Shown: in pieces, positions 47,681 to 59,382 of the stretch
How the letters are laid out: every line of letters begins with the position of its first letter
Position numbering within the stretch: the stretch's first letter is position 1
DNA from: Macrostomum lignano
Taxonomy: Eukaryota
DNA: 64,000 nucleotides
Assembly: GCA_002269645.1 (NCBI GenBank)
Contig: NIVC01002327.1
Location: 1 to 64,000, forward strand
Direction: 5' to 3'
The notes under the pieces: model-generated
What the model saw: only the letters and a program-made list of their open reading frames with translations
Told to the model about the DNA's origin: nothing
The model's database searches: none
Made by a program: the position numbers and the translations under genes

Positions 47681-50600
47681 ACTGGTGTCCTGAATCCCAA
47701 CTGGTGTCCTGAATCCCAACTGGTGTCCTGAATCTCAACTGGTGTCCTGAATCCCAACTGGTGTCCTGAATCCCAACTAGTGTCCTGAATCCCAACTGGT
47801 GTCCTGAATCCCAACTGGTGTCCTGAATTCCAACTGGTGTCCTGAATCCCAACTGGTGTCCTGAATCCCAACTAGTGTCCTGAATCCCAACTGGTGTCCT
47901 AAATCCCAACTGGTGTCCTGAATCCCAACTGGTGTCCTGAATCCCAGCTGGTGTCCTGAATCCCAACTGGAGTCCTGAATCCCAACTGGTGTCCTGAATC
48001 CCAACTGGTTTCCTGAATCCCAACTGGTGTCCTGAATCCCAACTGGTGTCCTGAATCCCAACTGGTGTCCTGAATCCCAACTGGTGTCCTGAGTCCCAAC
48101 TGGTGTCCTGAATCCCAACTGGTGTCCTGAATCCCAACTGGTGTCCTGAATCCCAACTGGTGTCCTGAATCCCAACTAGTGTCCTAAATCCCAACTGGTG
48201 TCCTGAATCCCAACTAGTGTCCTGAATCCCAACTGGTGTCCTGAATCCCAGCTGGTGTCCTGAATCCCAACTAGTGTCCTGAATCCCAACTGGTGTCCTG
48301 AATCCCAACTGGTGTCCTGAATCCCAACTGGTTTCCTGAATCCCAACTGGTGTCCTAAATCCCAACTGGAGTCCTGAATCCCAACTGGTGTCCTGAATCC
48401 CAACTGGTTTCCTGAATCCCAACTGGTGTCCTGAATCCCAGCTGGTGTCCTGAATCCCAACTAGTGTCCTGAATCCCAACTGGTGTCCTGAATCCCAACT
48501 GGTGTCCTGAATTCCAACTGGTGTCCTGAATCCCAACTGGTGTCCTGAATCCCAACTAGTGTCCTGAATCCCAACTGGTGTCCTAAATCCCAACTGGTGT
48601 CCTGAATCCCAACTGGTGTCCTGAATCCCAGCTGGTGTCCTGAATCCCAACTGGAGTCCTGAATCCCAACTGGTGTCCTGAATCCCAACTGGTTTCCTGA
48701 ATCCCAACTGGTGTCCTAAATCCCAACTGGTGTCCTGAATCCCAACTGGTGTCCTGAATCCCAACTGGTGTCCTGAGTCCTAACTGGTGTTCTGAATCCC
48801 AGCTGGTGTCCTGAATCCCAACTGGTGTCCTAAATCCCAACTGGTGTCCTGAATCCCAACTGGTGTCCTGAATCCCAGCTGGTGTCCTGAATCCCAACTG
48901 GAGTCCTGAATCCCAACTGGTGTCCTGAATCCCAACTGGTTTCCTGAATCCCAACTGGTGTCCTAAATCCCAACTGGTGTCCTGAATCCCAACTGGTGTC
49001 CTGAATCCCAACTGGTGTCCTGAGTCCTAACTGGTGTTCTGAATCCCAGCTGGTGTCCTGAATCCCAGCTGGTGTCCTGAATCCCAACTAGTGTCTTGAG
49101 TCCCAACTGGTGTCCTGAATCCCAACTGGTGTCCTGAATCCCAGCTGGTGTCCTGAATCTCAACTGGTGTCCTGAATCCCAACTGGTGTCCTGAATCCCA
49201 GCTGGTGTCCTGAGTCCCAACTGGTGTCCTGAATCCCAACTGGTGTCCTGAATCCCAACTGGTGTCCTGAATCCCAACTGGTGTCCTGAATCCCAACTAG
49301 TGTCCTAAATCCCAACTGGTGTCCTGAATCCCAACTAGTGTCCTGAATCCCAACTGGTGTCCTGAATCCCAGCTGGTGTCCTGAATCCCAACTAGTGTCC
49401 TGAATCCCAACTGGTGTCCTGAATCCCAACTGGTGTCCTGAATCCCAACTGGTTTCCTGAATCCCAACTGGTGTCCTAAATCCCAACTGGAGTCCTGAAT
49501 CCCAACTGGTGTCCTGAATCCCAACTGGTTTCCTGAATCCCAACTGGTGTCCTGAATCCCAGCTGGTGTCCTGAATCCCAACTAGTGTCCTGAATCCCAA
49601 CTGGTGTCCTGAATCCCAACTGGTGTCCTGAATTCCAACTGGTGTCCTGAATCCCAACTGGTGTCCTGAATCCCAACTAGTGTCCTGAATCCCAACTGGT
49701 GTCCTAAATCCCAACTGGTGTCCTGAATCCCAACTGGTGTCCTGAATCCCAACTGGAGTCCTGAATCCCAACTGGTGTCCTGAATCCCAACTGGTTTCCT
49801 GAATCCCAACTGGTGTCCTAAATCCCAACTGGTGTCCTGAATCCCAACTGGTGTCCTGAATCCCAACTGGTGTCCTGAGTCCTAACTGGTGTTCTGAATC
49901 CCAGCTGGTGTCCTGAATCCCAACTGGTGTCCTAAATCCCAACTGGTGTCCTGAATCCCAACTGGTGTCCTGAATCCCAGCTGGTGTCCTGAATCCCAAC
50001 TGGAGTCCTGAATCCCAACTGGTGTCCTGAATCCCAACTGGTTTCCTGAATCCCAACTGGTGTCCTAAATCCCAACTGGTGTCCTGAATCCCAACTGGTG
50101 TCCTGAATCCCAACTGGTGTCCTGAGTCCTAACTGGTGTCCTGAATCCCAGCTGGTGTCCTGAATCCCAGCTGGTGTCCTGAATCCCAACTAGTGTCTTG
50201 AGTCCCAACTGGTGTCCTGAATCCCAACTGGTGTCCTGAATCCCAACTGGTGTCCTGAATCCCAACTGGTGTCCTGAATCCCAACTGGTGTCCTGAATCC
50301 CAACTGGTGTCCTGAATCCCAACTGGTGTCCTGAATCCCAGCTGGTGTCCTGAATCCCAACTGGTGTCCTGAATCCCAACTGGATTCCTGAGTCCTAACT
50401 GGTGTTCTGAATCCCAGCTGGTGTCCTGAATCCCAGCTGGTGTCCTGAATCCCAACTAGTGTCTTGAGTCCCAACTGGTGTCCTGAATCCCAACTGGAGT
50501 CCTGAATCCCAACTGGTGTCCTGAATCCCAGCTGGTGTCCTGAATCCCAACTGGTGTCCTGAATCCCAGCTGGTGTCCTGAATCCCAACTGGTGTCCTGA

Positions 50601-50686
50601 ATCCCAACTGGTGTCCTGAATCCCAGCTGGTGTCCTGAACCCCAACTGGTGTCCTGAATCCCAACTGGTGTCCTGAGTCCTAACTG
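47681..50686. repeat. 19-bp satellite (GAATCCCAACTGGTGTCCT), about 158 copies, with higher-order structure
   Basis: Read directly; variant patterns recur at 247-bp and about 1.1-kb offsets. Confidence 0.97.
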
Positions 50687-50784
50687 CTAGTCTATTTTTA
50701 GTGTTGGTATTTGAATTTCTGGCACATTCGCTATTTACTACTGCTACGAATATTACTGCATGCCCAGCAAGCAGGCAAGCAGCC

Positions 50785-52006
50785 ATGCAGAAAGCCAGCC
50801 TCAAAGACCGAAGCAACAACAGCAGCAGCACTGGCAGAGTTTGCCAGGTCGGCAAAAGCAAAGAAACTTTTAGCACGACTGCCACTGCTAATCGAAGTAG
50901 TAAAACCAAGATTCAAGTGAAAAAAGTTGCGGACAACAATAAAGACTTCATTGATCGGCTAATTGACCCGAGGATAGGCGCCTGCTCACAGTGCGGCAAA
51001 GGCGCCGGCTCGTGTCGTCGGTGCGGCGCCTGCACCAACCGCTGGTACTGCGGCAGAGAGTGCCAGCGCAAAGACTGGCCAATGCACAAGCAAGAATGCC
51101 AGACCCTGGCCCGGCTGCGCGCCCGTTGCCAGTTCTCCGAGCGGATTGGCGCCGCCTATTGCTCCGAAGATGACGACGTAGTGGCCGACGATCACGGGGA
51201 AGAGCTGCTGGATTGCTGCGGCAGCAGCGCCTTCGCGCTACCGAACATGTTTGTTGGCAGGTATGTGGTTTGGATTGGATTCTTATTTACTGATTTTAGG
51301 CGCGGCTGGGATTCCCCAGATTCTGATTGGCTGGCTTCAGACGGCCCTGGAATTCACCAGATTCTGATTGGCTGGTTTCAGACGGGCCTGGGATTCACCA
51401 AATTCCGATTGGCTGGTTTCAGACAGGTCTGGGATTCCCCAGATTCTGATTGGCTGGTTTCAGGCGGATATGAGATTTCCCAGATTCTGATTGGCTGGTT
51501 TCAGGCGGATATGAGATTTCCCAGATTCTGATTGGATTGTTTCAGACGGGTCTGAGATTGCCTAGATTCTGATTGGCTGGTTTCAGACGGGTATGGGATT
51601 CCCTAGATTCTGATTGGCTGATTTCAGGCGGGCCTAGGATTCCCCAGATTCTGATTGGCTGGTTTCAGGCGGGCCTGGGATTCCCCAGATTCTGATTGGC
51701 TGGACCAACCCTCTCTCCCTCTCCAGACTTTTCATGGGCGCCCTTCCGGGCAGCGTCTTCCTGCAGACCTGGCCAACTGGCGGCCGAAATAAAACGGTTC
51801 CAATCCCAGTGTACCTGATCGACAGCAACAACGAGGTGCTGACAGATGTTAAAGAGCTACTGGCCGGCTATAAGAAGCTGCTCGGCCGGCCGCTGCCCGA
51901 CTTAGCCGGGGTAGTGGACGTGGCGATTCGTCGCAACATGCTAATTGACGACTTTTTGGCGCTGCCAGTTGATCCGACGGATCCGCCCGTCATCTTTGTA
52001 GCTTAG
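50785..52006 (+). CDS. MYND-type zinc finger protein, 2 exons, about 251 aa
   Basis: CSQC...CGAC...YCGRECQRKDWPMHKQEC is a canonical MYND. Exons 50785-51260 and 51727-52006 (phase 2, GTATGT donor, pyrimidine-tract CCAG acceptor). The start codon is uncertain. Confidence 0.75.
51306..51703. repeat. 40-41-bp minisatellite (GATTCCCAGATTCTGATTGGCTGGTTTCAGGCGGGCCTGG), about 10 copies, MYND intron
   Basis: Read directly. Confidence 0.9.
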
Positions 52007-52114
52007 CGCTGCGGCCTGGCCGTGCACTGCATTTCAGCTCCGTTTTTAATCTATGTGCTTCTTATCCGTTCAGTTTTATTAGTTACAAGCGGCTAGCCTC
52101 GGATAGCACTCAGA

Positions 52115-53015
52115 TAGAATGGATTGCTAGTATAGAGTGGATTGCTAGTATAGAGTGGATTGCTAGTATAGAGTGGATTGCTAGCATAGAGTGGATTGCT
52201 AGCATAGAGTGGATTGCTAGCATAGAGTGGATTGCTAGCATAGAGTGGATTGCTAGCATAGAGTGAATTGCTAGCATAGAGTGGATTGCTAGTATAGAGT
52301 GGATTGCTAGCATAGAGTGGATTGCTAGTATAGAGTGGATTGCTAGTATAGAGTGGATTGCTAACATAGAGTGGATTGCTAGTATATAGTATTTGCTAAC
52401 ATAGAGTGGATTGCTAACATAGAGTGGATTGCTAACATAGAGTGGATTGCTAACATAGAGTGGATTGCTAACATAGAGTGGATTGCTAACATAGAGTGGA
52501 TTGCTAACATAGAGTGGATTGCTAACATAGAGTGGATTGCTAACATAGAGTGGATTGCTAACATAGTGTGGATTGCTAACATAGAGTGGATTGCTAGTAT
52601 AGAGTGGATTGCTAACATAGAGTGGATTGCTAGTATATAGTATTGTATTTGCAAACATAGAGTGGATTGCTAACATAGAGTGGATTGCTAACATAGAGTG
52701 GATTGCTAACATAGAGTGGATTGCTAGCATAGTGTGGATTGCTAGCATAGAGTGGATTGCTAGCATAGAGTGAATTGCTAGCATAGAGTGGATTGCTAGC
52801 ATAGAGTGAATTGCTAGCATAGAGTGGATTGCTAGCATAGTGTGGATTGCTAGCATAGAGTGGATTGCTAGCATAGAGTAAATTGCTAGCATAGAGTGGA
52901 TTGCTAGCATAGAGTGGATTGCTAGTATAGAGTGGATTGCTAGTATAGAGTAAATTGCTAGCATAGAGTGGATTGCTAGCATAGAGTGGATTGCTAGTAT
53001 AGAGTGGATTGCTAG
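52115..53015. repeat. 18-bp minisatellite (TAGAGTGGATTGCTAGCA), about 50 copies
   Basis: Read directly; lies downstream of the MYND gene. Confidence 0.96.
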
Positions 53016-53539
53016 CCAGCATGGATCGCTAATTCTAAAGCTCTAGTTAATAAGTGCCAATGCTTTCCCCGTAGCCTTGATGCAGTTGTTATTTAGTAAC
53101 AAACCATGTGCCGTATTTCCAAATAAATGTTATATTTTTCCTCCAATATACTTCTAATTCATTGCTGAGAAGTATTTTTTATAAATTAGCTATTAAACTT
53201 TTTCCTACCCAATTGGCATTTCTGTCTTTATAAAGTTTTCTAATTGCAATGGCAAATATAAAAAAGTGTAGCTTAACATTTTCCAATAAATTTTTCCAAC
53301 TACTTTTTCCTCCGGTCAAAACAAAATGTGTATAACTATATTTTTTCAAACAGTAATCAAACATGTATGCCAAAGGTGCTTGCTCACCATGTATAAACTT
53401 TGTGCTGGATAAATTTGTTATTGTTATTGTTATTGCATTGTTCTTTCTTGTGAATTAGACAGCTTGTACTATAGTTGTTGCATACTACTTATTTTAATAG
53501 GTAGGCCAGTAGTATAGGTTGTATATTATTAAGAAGCAG

Positions 53540-53670
53540 AGCAAAGTTTCGCTTCAAAGACCCCTGGTTCGATTCCTCGCGCGGCCAATTTGAAGGCTTG
53601 TGTGTGCGATTCAAACACATTAGAGTGTCTGGGCCATTGTACACCCTGTGTGAGCGTGTGTATGAGTGCT
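53540..53670 (+). mobile_element. Related SINE fragment upstream of POLR1B
   Basis: B box GGTTCGATTCC (53566-53576) and the GCCATTGTACACCCTGTGTGAGCGTGTG motif shared with the SINE at 14120-14148. Confidence 0.5.
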
Positions 53671-53778
53671 CATATTTTATAGGATGTCTATAATTGCTAC
53701 TAATTCCTAGTTTCCAATACCAAGCATCACAACAATTCCATTCCAACCGTAAAGCGCCGGCGGCAGTAGAAGCAAACA

Positions 53779-56700
53779 ATGCAGGATCTGTCCAGGCCGC
53801 ACTTGGATTCCTTTAATTTTGTTGTACAGCGAGGTCTCAGCTTGGCTGCCCGCAGCCTGCCGACAGTCTATGCCGATGCGCACGCTGGCCGGTCTCGGGT
53901 TCAGGTGAGTTTGATCTGTGTCCGAGTTTTTTCTTTGTTGAACTACTGCATTCTTGAAGATATAGCAGAGACCTGGATAAGCGTTTAGCCCACTTTCTGT
54001 CGGGTTCTGGCCCTAAAAATGTAGGGGAGACCCGATGAAGCATCAGGAAATCAGGGAGACCCAATGAAGCATCAGGGGATCAGGGGACCCAATGAAGCAT
54101 CAGGGGATCAGGGGACCCAATGAACCATCAGGGAGACCCAATGAAGCATCAGGGAGACCCAATGAAGCATCAGGGGATCAGGGAGACCCAATGAAGCATC
54201 AGGGCATCAGGGAGACCCAATGAAGCATCAGGGGATCAGGGAGACCCAATGAAGCATCAGGGGATCAGGGAGACCCAATGAAGCATCAGGGGATCAGGGA
54301 GACCCAATGAACATCAGGGGATCAGGGAGACCCAATGAAGCATCAGGGGATCAGGGAGACCCAATGAAGCATCAGGGGATCAGGGAGACCCAATGAAGCA
54401 TCAGGGGATCAGGGAGACCCAATGAAGCATCAGGGGATCAGGGAGACCCAATGAAGCATCAGGGGATCAGGGAGACCCAATGAAGCATCAGGGGATCAGG
54501 GAGACCCAATGAAGCATCAGGGGATCAGGGAGACCCAATGAAGCATCAGGGGATCAGGGAGACCCAATGAAGCATCAGGGGATCAGGGAGACCCAATGAA
54601 GCATCAGGGGATCAGGGAGACCCAATGAAGCATCAGGGGATCAGGGAGACCCAATGAACATCAGGGGATCAGGGAGACCCAATGAAGCATCAGGGGATCA
54701 GGGAGACCTAATGAAGCATCAGGGGATCAGGGACAGCCAATGAAGCATCAGGGGATCAGGGAGACCCAATGAAGCATCAGGGGATCAGGGAGACCCAATG
54801 AAGCATCAGGAAATCAGGGAGACCCAATGAAGCATCAGGGGATCAGGGGACCCAATGAAGCATCAGGGAGACCCAATGAAGCATCAGGGGATCAGGGAGA
54901 CCCAATGAAGCATCAGGGGATCAGGGAGACCCAATGAACATCAGGGGATCAGGGAGACCCAATGAAGCATCAGGGGATCAGGGAGACCCAATGAAGCATC
55001 AGGGGATCAGGGAGACCCAATGAAGCATCAGGGGATCAGGGAGACCCAATGAAGCATCAGGGGATCAGGGAGACCCAATGAAGCATCAGGGGATCAGGGA
55101 GACCCAATGAAGCATCAGGGGATCAGGGAGACCCAATGAAGCATCAGGGGATCAGGGAGACCCAATGAAGCATCAGGGAGACCCAATGAAGCATCAGGGG
55201 ATCAGGGAGACCCAATGAAGCATCAGGGAGACCCAATGAAGCATCAGGGGATCAGGGAGACCCAATGAAGCATCAGGGGATCAGGGAGACCCAATGAAGC
55301 ATCAGGGGATCAGGGAGACCCAATGAAGCATCAGGGGATCAGGGAGACCCAATGAAGCATCAGGGAGACCCAATGAAGCATCAGGGAGACCCAATGAAGC
55401 ATCAGGGGATCAGGGAGACCCAATGAAGCATCAGGGGATCAGGGAGACCCAATGAAGCATCAGGGGATCAGGGAGACCCAATGAAGCATCAGGGGATCAG
55501 GGAGACCTAATGAAGCATCAGGGGATCAGGGGACCCAATGAAGCATCAGGGAGACCCAATGAAGCATCAGGGAGACCCAATGAAGCATCAGGGGATCAGG
55601 GAGACCCAATGAAGCATCAGGGGATCAGGGAGACCCAATGAAGCATCAGGGGATCAGGGAGACCCAATGAAGCATCAGGGGATCAGGGAGACCCAATGAA
55701 GCATCAGGGGATCAGGGAGACCCAATGAAGCATCAGGGAGACCCAATGAAGCATCAGGGGATCAGGGAGACCCAATGAAGCATCAGGGAGACCCAATGAA
55801 GCATCAGGGGATCAGGGAGACCCAATGAAGCATCAGGGGATCAGGGAGACCCAATGAAGCATCAGGGGATCAGGGAGACCCAATGAAGCATCAGGGGATC
55901 AGGGAGACCCAATGAAGCATCAGGGAGACCCAATGAAGCATCAGGGGATCAGGGAGACCCAATGAAGCATCAGGGGATCAGGGAGACCCAATGAAGCATC
56001 AGGGGATCAGGGAGACCCAATGAAGCATTAGGGGATCAGGGAGACCCAATGAAGCATCAGGGGATCAGGGAGACCCGCTGAAGCATCAGGGGAGAGAGAC
56101 CAACTGAAGATCCAGATTAAATGCTTCCCAATCCCTAATCTCCAAGGTGTCAATCGCCAGTCTGGAGCTGAAGTCGCCAACAGACGAGCTGAGCCAGCGG
56201 CCCTTGCTGCCCAGCCAGTGCCGCCGCTCGGGCGCCACCTATACTGGCGGCCTGGTTGGCCGGCTAGAATTCCGGGTCAACGGCCAGCTGGTGGAGTCGC
56301 TGGACACCCGGCTTGGCAGCGTGCCAATCATGGTCCGGTCCCGAGTGTGCAGCCTGTTTGGCAAATCTGGGGCCGAGCTGGTCGCGGCTCACGAGGAGCA
56401 CAACGAGGCAGGCGGTTATTTTATTGTCAATGGCAACGAGCGGATTATCCGAATGCTAATTATGCCCAGGAGGAATTATCCCATATCCGTGTGTCGGCCT
56501 TCCTTTGTTAAGAAAGGAAAATGGTTCTCCGACAAGGCCGTCATTGTGCGCTGCGTTACCGACGACGAGGTGAAGCTGGGGGATTATCCTGACCTGATCT
56601 GGAATCTTGATATGTCTCTTCATTTTTTATCCAACTGAACGATCCAATGTCCACGTTGATCCCATCAGCTGAATGATCCAATGTCCACGTTGATCCCAAC

Positions 56701-58990
56701 AGCTGAATGATCCAATGTCCGTTGATCCCATCAGCTGAATGATCCAATGTCCTCATTGATCCCATCACCTGAATGATCCCATTTCCTCATTGATCCCATC
56801 ACCTGAATGATCCCATTTCCTCATTGATCCCATTTCCTCATTGATCCCATCACCTAAATGATCCAATTTCCTCATTGATCCCATCACCTGAATGATCCAA
56901 TGTCCTCATTGATCCCATCAGCTGAATGATCCCATTTCCTCATTGATCCCATCACCTGAATGATCCAATTTCCTCATTGATCCCATCACCTGAATGATCC
57001 CATTTCCTCATTGATCCCATTTCCTCATTGATCCCATCACCTGAATGATCCCATTTCCTCATTGATCCCATCACCTGAATGATCCAATGTCCTCATTGAT
57101 CCCATCAGCTGAATGATCCAATGTCCTCATTGATCCCATCACCTGAATGATCCCATTTCCTCATTGATCCCATCACCTGAATGATCCCATTTCCTCATTG
57201 ATCCCATTTCCTCATTGATCCCATCACCTAAATGATCCAATGTCCTCATTGATCCCATCACCTGAATGATCCAATGTCCTCATTGATCCCATCAGCTGAA
57301 TGATCCAATGTCCTCATTGATCCCATCAGCTGAATGATCCAATGTCCTCATTGATCCCATCACCTGAATGATCCAATGTCCTCATTGATCCCATCAGCTG
57401 AATGATCCCATTTCCTCATTGATCCCATTTCCTCATTGATCCCATCACCTGAATGATCCCATTTCCTCATTGATCCCATCACCTGAATGATCCAATGTCC
57501 TCATTGATCCCATCAGCTGAATGATCCAATGTCCTCATTGATCCCATCAGCTGAATGATCTAATGTCCTCATTGATCCCATCACCTGAATGATCCAATGT
57601 CCTCATTGATCCCATCAGCTGAATGATCCATTGTCCTCATTAATCCCATCAGCTGAATGATCCATTGTCCTCATTAATCCCATCAGCTGAATGATCCATT
57701 GTCCTCATTAATCCCATCAGCTGAATGATCCATTGTCCTCATTGATCCCATCACCTGAATGATCCAATGTCCTCATTGATCCCATCAGCTGAATGATCCA
57801 ATGTCCTCATTGATCCCATCAGCTGAATGATCCATTGTCCTCATTGATCCCATCACCTGAATGATCCATTGTCCTCATTGATCCCATCAGCTGAATGATC
57901 CATTGTCCTCATTGATCCCATCAGCTGAATGATCCAATGTCCTCATTGATCCCATCACCTGAATGATCCAATGTCCTCATTGATCCCATCAGCTGAATGA
58001 TCCATTTTCCTCATTGATCCCATTAGCTGAATGATCCAATGTCCTCATTGATCCCATCAGCTGAATGATCCAATGTCCTCATTGATCCCATCAGCTGAAT
58101 GATCCAATGTCCTCATTGATCCCATCAGCTGAATGATCCAATGTCCTCATTGATCCCATCAGCTGAATGATCCAATTTCCTCATTGATCCCATCAGCTGA
58201 ATGATCCATTGTCCTTATTGATCCCATCACCTGAATGATCCAATGTCCTCATTGATCCCATCACCTGAATGATCCAATGTCCTCATTGATCCCATCACCT
58301 GAATGATCTATTGTCCTCATTGATCCCATCACCTGAATGATCCAATGTCCTCATTGATCCCATCAGCTGAATGATCCAATGTCCTCATTGATCCCATCAG
58401 CTGAATGATCCAATGTCCTCATTGATCCCATCACCTGAATGATCCAATGTCCTCATTGATCCCATCGCTTAATTGGCTTCCCAATCGCTCATTCACTCTC
58501 GGTTGTTTCCATTCTTGTCCCTCCAACCCCACCTCCTTGACCCCTCTCTCCGTCATCCTAAATCCCAATAAAACAGTAAAAATAATTATTATGATTGAAA
58601 AACGCCATCAGACCGCCAGCGTAAACATTTTACACTGGCGCAACGGCTCGGACCCAGTGATGGCTTTCACCTACGAGAAGGAGCAGTTCTACGCCCCAGT
58701 TGGGCTTCTGCTGCGGGCCCTGTTCGATGGCTCGCCAGCCGAGATGTACCAGGCCATTGTGCTGAGCCACACGGGCATTGGCAGCGGCAGCGGTGACCCG
58801 TCACTATTATTCATGGCCAAGCAGGCACTGCTGTATCTGCAGTCTTCCGACCAGTTCAAGACGCGCCAGTCTGTGTTGAAGTATATTGGTCACTCTTTCA
58901 GGTGAGAAACAGTCTTGCCTTAGTTTGTTAGTTTTTTCAGTAGCTAGCTAGCTAGTTAGTTATTTCGTTAGTTATTTCGTTAGTTAGTTC

Positions 58991-59043
<53 letters not shown>

Positions 59044-59060
59044 GTAGGTAGGTAGGTAGG

Positions 59061-59095
<35 letters not shown>

Positions 59096-59107
59096 ATAGT
59101 TAGTTAG

Positions 59108-59147
<40 letters not shown>

Positions 59148-59217
59148 ATAGTTAGTTAGTTAGTTAGATAGTTAGTTAGTTAGTTAGATAGTTAGTTAGT
59201 TAGTTAGTTAGTTAGTC

Positions 59218-59251
<34 letters not shown>

Positions 59252-59346
59252 ATAGTTAGTTAGTTAGTTAGTTAGTTAGATAGTTAGTTAGTTAGTTAGT
59301 TAGGTTAATTAGTCAGTTAGTTATTTTGTTAGTCAGTCATTTAGTC

Positions 59347-59382
<36 letters not shown>

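Noticed and set aside
47655-50909. Many overlapping long ORFs (GFRTPVGIQDTSWDSGHQL repeats) and a possible CRISPR-like look
   Set aside because: These are translations of a stop-poor 19-bp satellite. Units are contiguous with no unique spacers and there are no cas genes; the context is eukaryotic.
52110-53022. (MLAIHS)n and (YASNPL)n ORFs
   Set aside because: Translation of the 18-bp array.
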